From: Trichodelitschia bisporula
Taxonomy: Eukaryota
Assembly: GCA_010356995.1 (NCBI GenBank)
Contig: ML996691.1
Coordinates: 688,174 to 752,173 of the forward strand
Reading direction: 5' to 3'
Length of the DNA: 64,000 bases
Part shown: positions 1 to 11,520 of the stretch, one piece after another
How positions within the stretch are numbered: the stretch's first letter is position 1
How the letters are laid out: the number at the start of each line of letters is the position of its first letter
The notes under the pieces: generated by a model
The model's database searches: none
Seen by the model: only the letters and a program-made list of their open reading frames with translations
Told to the model about the DNA's origin: nothing
Position numbers and translations under genes: made by a program

Positions 1-216
1 TCCACGTGAATCCTTATGTTAGCTCCTGAACATAGCAGCGGTGGTCCGTGGCAGGGGGAATTCCGTGGATCAGCCTCCTAGCTCATGGGCAGCACATGGG
101 CATCCTCATCGTTCCGCAATTCTCAGCTTCATTCATTGCTGGATTATTCATCCAGTACTAGGATATCACAAAAACGCACTTATTTACAAGAAAGCGATCC
201 TCGATCCAAACCATCC

Positions 217-807
217 CTACGCGGGAGTAGCCTCAGCCTCGGCAGCCTTGCCTCTCCAACCATTGTTACCCCAAGCGCCATTATTCCCATAATTGCCACC
301 ATTGTTATTCCACGGCTGGGCCGGGGCATTGTTGTATCCGTATGTCGGCCCCGGCCCGTTCACAATGACTGTCACCGTTGGTGTCGGCCTAAGCAAGTTA
401 AGCGGGTTCAGCGCCGCCGCCGCATCGGCAATGTTGTTCCCAATCTGCGTGCCGACGCTCTGCGCAATACCGCCGAGGACCGCGCCCTCGAGCGCGCCCA
501 ACGCACCGCCGACGCCTGGCCCAGGCCCACCGCGAGGGGGCCCGCCGGGACCCGGCCCGCCAAAGCCTGGCCTGGGCCCGGGCCCGCCGCCGGGGGGACC
601 GCCGTGAGGGGGGCCACCTGTGGAAGTTAATATTTGCACCTGAAAGAGCGTGGGATGAGGGGACGCACCACGACCGCCGCCGCCGCGGGGGCCTTGCTCC
701 TGGACTTCAGGGGAGGCGTCGGTGTTAACTTCCGCTTCGACCGCCTGGTTGGCGAGCGGGACAGCGGCGGCGAGGGCGACGAGGCCGAGGAAGATGGAGA
801 AACGCAT
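217..807 (-). CDS. Small secreted Gly/Pro-rich low-complexity protein (GGPP repeats, Asn/Gly/Trp tail)
   Basis: ATG at 807 starts a signal peptide MRFSIFLGLVALAAAVP. TATATAAG lies about 90 nt upstream on the minus strand. Probable 51-nt intron 618-668 (GTGCGT...TTAAC...CAG), in frame. Stop at 217. Confidence 0.75.
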   Translation of the reverse strand: MRFSIFLGLVALAAAVPLANQAVEAEVNTDASPEVQEQGPRGGGGRGASPHPTLFQVQILTSTGGPPHGGPPGGGPGPRPGFGGPGPGGPPRGGPGPGVGGALGALEGAVLGGIAQSVGTQIGNNIADAAAALNPLNLLRPTPTVTVIVNGPGPTYGYNNAPAQPWNNNGGNYGNNGAWGNNGWRGKAAEAEATPA

Positions 808-3397
808 GCTGATGGGTTGGAACGGGGGCTTTTGAAGGAGTGACTGGAAGGAATGTGGAGGTGGCGATGCGTCCGAAGTGTTCGGCATTGGGGAGTCTTA
901 TATACATCCCAAACGCAATGTGCTCCCCTGGCCATAGCGGAGAAGCAGGAGCCTCGGGATGCTCAACTGCCCCCCCCCCCTACCAAGCCCATGGCATATT
1001 TTGCACCCAAAAGGTACCTTGAACCTAGTAGTGCGGGTGATCCAGACACAATAGAATTGGAGAGCTGGACACATAACAATCAAAGGGGAAAGATCCTCCG
1101 CCTGGGGCACGAACTTCGAGCCGCATGTAATCAACACGAAAAGACGACAGCGCCAGTGGATCTTACTCGCACGCATGCGAACCCGAGGATCATGGCACTA
1201 TGGCAGATTAAGATTTTCGTATGCGAGCCCTCGAAACAGGAGCCCCGGGAGAGAGATCGACCATTGTCGATGATCTATGATTGGAATGGGTTTTTGGTCG
1301 CCTGGACCTGACCGAGTATCCGACAGCTTTGTCTCTGAAGCCGGAAAGTGCGCAAAGAACAGTACATACGTTTTCGGCCGAGACTGACACCATGGAAAGC
1401 TATGGTATTTCTCTGCTGAACAACGGGCTGCCCCCGGGGGGATCGTACCTGGCTAGCCAGGGCTTCGGGTCACAACATGGGCCATGGTGGTGCCTAGAGC
1501 GATCTTGAACCCTATTCTTAGCAGAGGTTTAGGTATGGATGTCCTGCCAACCACATCTGTCGTGAGAGTTTTGGATGGCCAAGACTCACACGACGCCTTT
1601 GGTGTGTTCACTTGAAAGGGTTGGGAGAGAGAACCGAGCCCGATGACCAGTGAGAAGAAAGGAAGTATTGGGTGGTGATGGTACCTAATTTCATCTTGTA
1701 GATTAGGTATAATTCTGACAGCAATATATCAGTGTTCCCCTTAATGGCCCTAACGGGGCTACTGCACACCCTGGAGGAGCACAGGCGAGACGAGACGTCA
1801 GCTACGGTGAGTGCGCCCCGAAGGACTCGTGGACCTGGCATCAAGTAAAATGGGCTTGAGTCTCAACAGCCGTCATGGATGACGATCTACTGGCGAAGTT
1901 ACAGAGTGTCGGCCATGAATACGGAGGGCCATGGCCTTGCGATGGAGGTCGTGGTGGTGACGTTTTGAGACTTGAGTTGCAGTAAGCACATCATAGTGGG
2001 GTAAGGCCGTATCCTAGGTTTTGGATTGAAGTACAGTAACAGGCAATCCCCGTAGAATCGCCGTTCTCGAAGATGGAAATATGTCACAATGGACAGCCGC
2101 GAGATCCAGAAGCACAGTAGAATTTAGATGAAATCTGAGATGCGTGCGTACGGCACGGTACGGTAGCACGTCTTGCGATGGCGTTTCTAAATTAGGGTCG
2201 GTTTCCCCCTCTCTGTGAAGTGAAAGATCTCGGGCGGGCCTGATATGGGAGAACTAAATGCTAAGGCCGATTGAGGAATTGATCCCGAGGTGATGGGATG
2301 AGGTCAACCCGGTGTACCAAAGAACTGTCACGTGAGAAGCAGGCTCAGGACAAGGCACCTGAAGTCGTATGGCTTGGAACAATGAAGACCACGGTACGAA
2401 AGAATCAGTATTTGCTTGAAAGCGTGGATTAGATACGATACTTTGTCTGGTACCGGATTCCGATATGAAAGAAAGAAATAAATAAATAAAGAAGCAAAGC
2501 ACGTGAGACACCTTCTCTCACACCCAAACTGTGGCGCAGCAGTTATTCAGCACGGCTTGGCGAGGTGGCCGTAGTGGCGTATGGGCCACGAGAGCGAGAC
2601 GCTCTGACCAGTCATGCGCTGACAAACTCTGCCAACCTTTCCGGCGCCGTCCACCCGTCCTGCTCTTTGTCTCCTCCTAACCTGGCCTCCACCTTCTTCT
2701 TCTTCCCTTTCACCTCTTCCTTCGCCTTTCAACCTTCGCTCTCCATCTTCATCATCAACCCCCCCATCATCCTCTCTCGAATCTCGTTCTTGTCAAACTC
2801 CACCCCACCATTTCCCTTACTTTTGACCCTCAAAACCGGGCTCCCTCCCTCATACCCCACACAAAACAACTTGTCCTCATTCCAGCCATCTGGTGTTCTG
2901 ACCGTCTTTGCACACTCATCCGCACCGTACCGGCGTTCAGAAGGTGAGGCCGTTAGTACTAAGCAGATCATTCGAGGGCTTGGTGCGCGGAAAGATAGCA
3001 GTAATACGCGTAGGAAGTGGTTCCGGACAATTTCACAGTTGAAGGGTGGCTATGTGCACACTGTCCGATCTGTTCTTCTGCTGAATCCCCACTTCACGTT
3101 CACGACGTTCTGTAAAAGCTTTGTCTTTTCTCCTTGTGCACACTCCTAGTTGCTTGAGAGCTTTCTCGAGCATTGTCACAATCAAATTCACCTTCCGCTG
3201 TTGACTCAGGAATTGTCCGGGCTCCTTTGCGCAGAGATTCTTGACGGTCAACCAACACCCTCTGATTCACACAACATCAGTCGTTCTTGCGCCAGCAACC
3301 CGTGCGACCGTCACGGACATCAGTTGCGTACCACGCTCTCAGTCTCGACGCCGACCTTGAATTCGAGCCTTCGCAATCCCGACACACCCCTCTCAAG

Positions 3398-5374
3398 ATG
3401 TCTTCCTCCGTGTTCTTCAAGTTCAAGTCTTCCAAGGAGCCGCAGCGGATCACCTTTGACGGTACAGGCATCACAGTCTTCGAGCTCAAGCGTGAGATCA
3501 TCAACGTCAGTGGCTTAGGTGATGGTACCGACTTCGATCTTGCCATCTACGATGATTCGTCTAATGAAGGTATGGTGTACTACTCTCAGTATCTGACCCC
3601 TACTAACTCGCCTCCAGAGTACAAAGATGATACCGCGATTATCCCTCGTTCGTCTTCCGTCACTGCGCGGCGTCTGCCGGCATCCCGACCCGGATACGGC
3701 AAGGCCGCACGTTATGTTAGCGGCAAGATGCCCATCAACGCTCGGAATAGCTACCGAAGCGAGACCAAAGCTTCAACCCAAGCGAAGCCCTCTGCGCCGA
3801 CCAACAGTATGACCGACATGAGCAAGCCCCAAACAGAAGACGAGCGCATAGCCGCCATGTTTGCTGCCGAAGGATCACAGTGGGAACAGCAGCAGCAGCA
3901 TATGGCCAACGCAAAACCTGTCTATCATAAGGGTGGCCCCAAAGGAAAGCCAGCGAACGTTCCGGATCATGATCCTCCCCCCGGCTATGTGTGCTACCGG
4001 TGTCATGAGAAAGGTAAGCATACATAACTTGGCACTTTGAACCCAAGTCACTAACAACGCCTAGGTCACTGGATTCAGCTGTGCCCGACAAACGACGATC
4101 CCAACTTCGAGACCAAGCCGAAGATAAAGCGCACCACGGGAATTCCGCGGTCCTTCATGAAGCGCGTTGAGAAGTCCGCTGGAGCTACAGACGGCTTGTC
4201 TGATGATTCACACCCCAATGCGATCATGATCGATGCTGAGGGCAATCACGTCATTGTTAATCCCGATACGGCTTCCTGGGAGAAGGCTGAGGCCAAATTG
4301 AAGGCATCTGCAGCTCAGCAAGATGAAGGAAATTCGGGGAACAGGGAGCTTCAGGATCTCGGTCTTGAGTGTCCCATTGACAAACGTATGTTCGTTGATC
4401 CCATGAAGACCCCTTGCTGTGGCAAGACATATTGTAGTGATTGCATCGAAAACGCTCTTAGCGATAGTGATCTCACTTGCCCGAACTGTGGCACGCAGGG
4501 TGTCTTGATTGATAATCTCATTTCGGATGACGATGTTGTCGCCAAGATCAAGGAATACGAGACGAACAAGGCTACGGCAAAGAAGTCGAAGGAGCAATCA
4601 AAGACCCCCACACCTGAGCCTAAGGAGGCTGCTGGCGATGCAGAGAAAGAAGGTTCGGAAAAGGACCCAAAAGCTAGATCACAATCTCCCTCAAAGTTAG
4701 CGTCTAGCGCCACTGACACCAACTCCGGCTCAGCTGCGGCCTCAAATCCGAAAAAGCGGCCCGCTGAGGAAGAGTTGAAGAATGAACGTTCCCCTCCCAA
4801 GGCGCCAGCTGCCATGTTGCGTAAGCAAAACTTGGCTCAGCAAGGACTTCCCCCAGGTTTCGATCCGAAGTTCCTCGAAGAGATGAACAAGCTCACAGGT
4901 CCCCTGGGGCCGAGCCCCTTTTTGCCTCCTACCGGTCCCATGGGTATGGCCGGTCCGGCCGCCATGATGGGCATGGGTATGCCGAACCCGATGATGATGA
5001 TGGGCCCGAACCCCATGGCGAACCCGATGATGAACATGGGTGGCCAGTGGCCGATGAATCCGGGCATGGGCGGCATGGGATTTGCACCCCAGAGCCACAA
5101 CTTCAACAACTTCAACCAAGGAATGATGCAGGGAGGTGGATTTCAGGGGCAAGGCTGGCAGGGAAATCAAGGAGGCCAAGGCTGGGGCATGAATGCCGGT
5201 CATAGCCCATCGCAGCCCGGGAAGTTCAACAATTTTCAGCAGCGACCCGGTTTCAACGGGCCGCAAGGCGGTGGTGATGAAGACAATGCCTACTTCCGGA
5301 AGCCGGTCAACCCTCACCGGGCGCAGAATCGTGCACGGAGACTGGCCCGTCACAACGACTACAACACCTTGTAA
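3398..5374 (+). CDS. MPE1: Mpe1/RBBP6-like cleavage and polyadenylation factor (DWNN ubiquitin-like domain, zinc knuckle, RING/U-box-like domain)
   Basis: MSSSVFFKFKSSKEPQRITFDGTGITVFELKREII (DWNN), YVCYRCHEKGHWIQLCPTN (zinc knuckle after splicing), LECPIDKRMFVDPMKTPCCGKTYCSDC. Introns 3570-3617 and 4014-4064. Confidence 0.95.
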
Positions 5375-6410
5375 TCTGTACAGGGCTTCATGTGGTTCAT
5401 TATTAGTCGATTCGATCGGCCCCGGTTGCCCTGTATATTTGGGCATTTCCATTTCGATGTGGCAATCTCGGCTGACGACGATCACCAAAGGTTTCTTGAG
5501 TTGGCTGCTTTGAGATTTGCCTTGTCTCTCAACGGGAGGGAGGGCTTGCACATGGCATATTTGCGCGTATCAGGCGTATGGCTGAATGGGTGCATTGGGA
5601 AAGGTGTTTTCGGGTCATCGGCTTTCATGTGTAACGACTGCTTGGAATCTGAGCAAAGTTTTGGGGGGGAATCATTGATTGTGGAGTCCGTTAAGGTCTG
5701 GAGTTTCAGATGAGCCCTAGGGCTGTTGCAAAGGAGGCCGTTGTATATAGTTCCACTCAGATCGTTCCAGACATTTATTCAGTCTGCGGAATCAACCTCC
5801 GTTCAAACCAGCGAGTTATCCCCGTATCCTTGCAGTGTCCCTTCCTTACCGTACTCATAGGTGAAGCGAAGTGGCATGTGATGGATCTCTCTCATTGCCT
5901 CCCCAACGTGGTGACTAGATCATTTTACCGTACCGTACAGTCCATGAAATCCACACACTCTTAACCAGAGCAGAGCCTTAGCATGGGACCTACTAGAAAA
6001 ATAGGCCATTTTTCACTACATTGATAGCCTGGCTGCGACCAGCCAATAACGCGCTAGCAACGTCAAAATCGTGAGGCGGGTAGCGAGCGCGTGACTTGGC
6101 GGTTAGCACGAAGCATCGCTTTTCTCTGCCGTTCTCCCCGCTTTCTCTCGCCACCCTAACTCCGCCCACCGCTCCACTAGTTCTAAACTCTTCGAAGCCC
6201 CACTCAGTCCCCATACCCTACATCCAAGCTCAACTCCTCCCCAACCCCCTACTCTTCAAAGACTCGCCGATCTGCTTCCACTACTACGGTACTACGTAGT
6301 AGTTCTACTGCGCCCTTGTCCGCATAGTACACCTCAACTCGCGATCCTCAGTCGACTTCTCACCAAACCGCCTTTGTTATACTTAGAGCAAACCTGGAAA
6401 ATCTGAACAA

Positions 6411-7401
6411 ATGGCGCGAATTACCGATACCATGAGACGTAATAGTAGTAAAAATCATGACGAGTCACCGGCGAACCTCCGCACCCACGGCGCCAACGTT
6501 GTAGCCAGCTGCTACATCGTCAACTCCACCTCGGCGGCCCTCCAGGGCTTCCACTACTCCTCTACCGGGGCCGGCGGGGCCGAGTGGTGTTCCTGAGGTC
6601 AGCTCGGTATGTGTAATTACTGCATGAGGCTCAGGGTCGCAGGAGGGAACTAACGCTGCGTCCAGGGAATTCCATCACCCCCTCGAAGTCCCCCCCTCGC
6701 CGCCTATGCTATGAGCAACGGGTTGTCTCTTTCGCCGCCGTCGAAGGATGCTAACCGGGCGAACAGAGGGGGGGCTGTGTACACCATTACGGGAGAGTGT
6801 GAGAGGCTCTTCTGCGATGTTCTGAAGTCCGTCTTTCTTGGTGAGAGGAAGATGTCTTCGGACTCGCTTGTGATGGGTGCGCATAACCATATGTACACGA
6901 ACCGACACGAGGGCTCGTTGGAAGACGCATCATTTTCATTGGATCTGCGGGACTCCGGATTATCTTCATCTCATTCCTCGCTGGAAAGCATTGCTCGCCA
7001 GGGGAGCTTGGTTGAGGACTGGCTTGTTGTCTGGGATTACGCGGGTGGTGCTCGGTTCCGCGGATTCATCGCTTGCCAGGAAGACAAGAGGGCCTTGATC
7101 ATCTTCTTTGATGAAGGTGTCGTTGGTCGCGACTTGAAGCCTGGGTAAGTTCCTTGTAAGGTCTTCGTGTGGCACCACTAATCAACGTAGTTTGATGGCC
7201 CTGCTGGAACTTTGCAATATTTCTGCTGTCGACTGCTCGCAAGTTATCTTCTGTGTGGATCGCAAGTTCGATGCCGAGACGTCCAAGTACCTGATAAGGG
7301 ACCTGGGCTGGGTGGGCTTCGAGCCCATTACTCTAGCTGAGTGGACGGGGAGTGACGATATCATCAGTGATCAGTGGCTTTTCTTGGGAATGGAGACTTA
7401 G
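6411..7401 (+). CDS. OAZ1: Ornithine decarboxylase antizyme, expressed by a +1 ribosomal frameshift at TCC TGA (6591-6596)
   Basis: ORF1 ends GAGGAEWCS*. The +1 frame GAG GTC AGC TCG, intron 6607-6665, then GIPSPPRSPP joins the frame of 6711 (YTITGECERLFC...WDYAGGARFRGF...DLKPG). Intron 7145-7190, then LMALLEL...LIRDLGWVGF...WLFLGMET*. Confidence 0.95.
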
Positions 7402-7944
7402 GCGGAAAAGTGTGCTGCTTGGTACTACGGATGTACTGCATGCGCAGGACGGATGGTGTTAGTCCTTATGCTCACATTTCCTGGGATGGGGGGATGGCAG
7501 TCTGCTTGTTTGTAACCTACGTAGCCTACAACCTTCACATAGCCGTGAAATACAGTTGCATTTGACGGCATCTCGAGTAACTTCGCAAAAAGTGGCACAT
7601 GGTGTTCCCATGGGACGCCAAAAGGGGTGAAGCTCTGAGGGTGACCAATCACAGAAGCGACAGAGGAATCCTGGCCAGGCTGTCCTGAATGCCTCGAGAA
7701 AGTGCGGGAGCGCAGAGAGGAAACCACTTCTTGCTGTCAACGTGTTCTCGGACCGTTTGTCTTCCTACAACTCTCGAGGTTTCGCGCATCTCTTGCATCC
7801 AGTTTTCAGCGCCAGGTGCGCAATTCCATCCATCGGTTGAATGCGCATCTTCCATCCACGGCGCTGAGCAGCGCATTTCAGGAGTCCGCGAACCCAACAC
7901 AAGCCTCTCACACACCCCACATCGTCACCACCACATTCACGACA

Positions 7945-9992
7945 ATGCGGTTACCCCAATGGCGGGGCCTGGCCCCAATCCTGATGACTGGCTTTCTTCT
8001 TTCAGTCTCCCCCGCGGCCGCCTTCTACCTCCCTGGCGTCGCGCCGACGTCATACAAGACTGGTGATCTGGTGCCGCTTAACGTCAACCATCTCACACCG
8101 GCCGACTCGGAAACGAACCCTAATGTACAATCAGTATTCGCATTCGACTACTACCGCCCCGAGTTCAACTTCTGTAAGCCCCCGGGCGGACCACAAGCGG
8201 TGTCAGAGTCTCTGGGCAGCATTCTCTTCGGTGACCGCATATTCAATTCGCCATTCGAGCTGCGCATGGGCATCAACGAGGAGTGCAAGGCCGTCTGCGA
8301 AGCCGTGTACTTCGATGCCGCGGATGCACGGGATGTCAACCAACGGATCCTGATGAACTACAACCTGAACTGGCTCTTGGACGGTCTCCCGGCTGGGCAG
8401 ATGAAGGAGGAGACCAATACCGGCGAGCGGTTTGAGAGTCCGGGATTTCCGCTTGGGCAGATCGACGAGAAGGAAGGGACGGCGATTCTGAACACCCATT
8501 ACGACATTGCGGTCGACTTCCACAAGGCAGGACCAGATCAGTACCGGGTCGTCGGGATCACAGTGGAGCCTTCATCGCGTGGGAATGCGAAAATGCTCGA
8601 CGACAAGAGTGTCAGCTGCGGCGATCCCAGAGTCCCCAAGGTCCTTTCAGAGACGGCGCGCACGCGCGTCTTGTGGACGTATAGCGTGCACTGGAACCCT
8701 TCGGACACGCCCTTTGCGACGCGCTGGGACAAGTTCCTTCATGTCTACGACCCGAAGATCCACTGGCTTTCACTCATCAACTCGGCGGTCATCGTGTGTT
8801 TCCTGGTGGGTATGCTGTCGACGATACTGGTTCGGGCGTTGAGAAAGGATATCGCGAGGTACAACCGCCTGGACCAGATGGCTCTCGAAGATATGTCCGG
8901 CAATGGGCTCATCGACGAGAGTGTCCAGGATGATTCGGGTTGGAAGCTGGTTCACGGCGATGTTTTCCGGCCGCCGCACTGGCCGTTGCCCCTCAGCGTC
9001 ATGCTAGGTAATGGCGTTCAGCTCTTCATGATGACAGGAGCTACAATAGGCAAGTTACATCTCTTGAAGGTCTTGCCTTGCACATCGCTAATTTCTGAAG
9101 CCTTTGCGCTGTTCGGCTTTCTATCCCCCTCGAATCGTGGTTCCTTGGGTACCGTCATCATCCTTCTATACGCTCTCTTCGGGTTTGCCGGTGGATACAC
9201 GTCATCTAGGCTGTACAAGTTCTTCGGTGGCGAAGGCTGGAAGCGAAACTTCATCTACACTCCGGTCTTCTTGCCCGCGTTCGTCTTTTCCGTCTTCTTC
9301 TTCCTTAACCTTTTCGTCTGGGCTAGAGGATCTAGCGGTGCCGTGCCTTTTGGCACGATGCTCGTTCTAGTCCTCATCTGGTTTGCCATCAGCCTGCCTC
9401 TGTCATTTGCTGGATCCTGGGTCGGCTTCAAAGCTGCGAAGATTGAACCACCAGTCCGGACGAACCATATTCCTCGTCAGATTATGCCTGCTGGAGGGTA
9501 TATGAGCCCGATCCCCAGCATGTTTCTCGTGGGCATTCTACCCTTTGGCGCTATCTTCGTTGAGCTTTATTTTATCATGAACAGCATCTGGACGGGGAAG
9601 ATGTACTACATGTTTGGATTCCTCTTCATCTGTTACGGGCTCATGATCGTTACCTGCGCAGCTGTCACGGTCCTGATGGTGTACTTCTTGCTCTGCGCCG
9701 AGAACTATCACTGGCAATGGCGTTCATTTTTTACGGCTGGTGCCAGCTCGATTTATGTCTTCCTGTACGCCCTGTTCTACTGGACGCGCACCTTGAGCTT
9801 TACGAGCTGGACTAGCGGAGTGCTGTACCTCGGATACAGTCTGCTGATCAGCTCACTGATGTTCCTCCTCACCGGTATGCTCTCCGTTTTCAAATCATTG
9901 ACTCACCTATTAACCAGATAATAGGCACTATCGGCTTTTTCGCCTCGTGGCTCTTCGTTATGAAGATCTACAAGTCGATAAAAGTGGACTAG
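7945..9992 (+). CDS. EMP70: Transmembrane 9 superfamily (nonaspanin, EMP70/TMN-like) endomembrane protein
   Basis: Signal peptide then FYLPGVAP, ESLGSILFGDRIFNS, IHWLSLINS, GWKLVHGDVFRPP, LPFGAIFVELYFI; C-terminus KIYKSIKVD*. Introns 9050-9100 (GC-AG) and 9875-9924. Confidence 0.93.
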
Positions 9993-10393
9993 GTGCTCTA
10001 GTTCTAGTGGAACTGAAGGCGATCTGAAATGGTGTTTTGTCGTCATGGAAAAGGGACTTCGGAGTTGTGGATTCTTCAATCGACTGGACCGGAGAATCCT
10101 TAGAACCTTCTCCAGGCCAGACTGTAGGGGCCGAATCGTCATTCAATGGCTGTATAACATTGGTACAGTGCATAGAAGTTACGCCTTTCTGTCATTTCAA
10201 TCTGAAGCGTGAGGATTTGCCAATGCCATAGGGCTGTGCGCCAAGATAGCCTTACCAATGACATCACAACCAGAACAACCTCAACCCTCCATTAAACATT
10301 CGTTGATGAACATAAATCTACACAGCTGCAAGTCAGTCGCTAACCTCACTATGACCTTCAATTGCCCCCATTCTCATCCCCTAGTCTACTGAA

Positions 10394-11109
10394 ATGGAAG
10401 AACCAGGTCCGCCCCTGCACCCTCTCCATCGTGCTAATTTAACCCAGCAGTCAACGACATCCCCAGCATAATCCACACCCTCACGCAATCCACCCCTTCC
10501 ACCCAACGCGCCACGATAGAGGCCTACTTCACCCGCGATGCCTCCTTCACCCACCCCTTTTGTCGCACCGGCTCCTTCGCCTTCTCGCCGCGCTTTAACT
10601 CCCGCGAGCTCATCATTGCCATCTACCGCTGGTACAAGATCCTCAGTCCGCGGATAGATCTAGAGGTTACTTCTGTGGGTATGCCTCCAGTGCACCTTTG
10701 TATTCTTCTGTCTCCGGGATGAGAAGCTGAATCCACTCTTACAGCCTACGACCCCGCCTCCTACATCCTCTACGTCCACATCGCGCAAGGGTTCCGCATA
10801 CGCGCCGTACCCGGATACCGCGCCGATGTAGAGCTAGTGACAGTACTACGGCTACGACAAGAGGAGGGGGAAAATGGACTGCGCATATGCTCGCAGGAGG
10901 ACTTGTATCAGACGGATCATTTTGTGCGGTTCTTTTGGCTGGGGGGTTGGGCTGTCGTGCGCCTGTGGCAGGTGCTGGCGACGGCGGTGTGTGTGCTTGG
11001 AGCGCTGGTTGGATGGCCGGTTACTTTAGTGGAGGAACGGTGGGAGGTTGGTGTGTCGAGAGAGGTGGAGGGGAAGAAAGGGACAGTTTTGAAGCATCAT
11101 GAGAGCTGA
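10394..11109 (+). CDS. Small conserved fungal protein, probably NTF2-like fold
   Basis: Spliced model MEEP|VNDIPSIIHTLTQ...YFTRDASFTHPFC...AIYRWYKILSPRIDLEV|AYD...ICSQEDLYQ. Introns 10407-10447/10450 and 10679-10744. Only the last exon appears in the ORF track. Confidence 0.8.
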
Positions 11110-11520
11110 GGCAGATCTCTCGGAGCGGTTCAACAACCCAGGTATGCCTAGGTTTTCCCCGTGAGGTATACGCCATGACATGAGAATGAGGAGATGTATC
11201 ATGAAATTAACTGATATTACATAAAGGATCTAGCTATCTATAGTTTTACCGAGAATGACGACTTCCGCCAGCGCCTGTCATGCTGTCAAACCCATCCGCC
11301 CAAGCACCATGTCCCGAGGGAATCAACGCAAACAACCAGAGGTATATGCAACTCGCCTTAAGGCCCAGCAATCAGCCGCGTGCTCCCGCCCTGCAGAGGT
11401 TAATGTCCAAATTCAGATCACACTTAGTAGTGACCAGTTTGGACCAGGTGAAGGCTGGAGACCTCCTTGATCACCAATTTTAAAACAAAATGTCCGCAGA
11501 CATGATCCATAAAGACCCTT

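Noticed and set aside
853..2100. Short ORFs that might be a decayed gene or transposon fragment
   Set aside because: No recognisable motif, splice pattern or terminal repeats.
2990..3085. TAGGAA and CCGAT as the guide pockets of an snR34/U65 homologue
   Set aside because: Pocket spacing and the ACA position do not fit; only the generic H/ACA geometry is kept as a finding.
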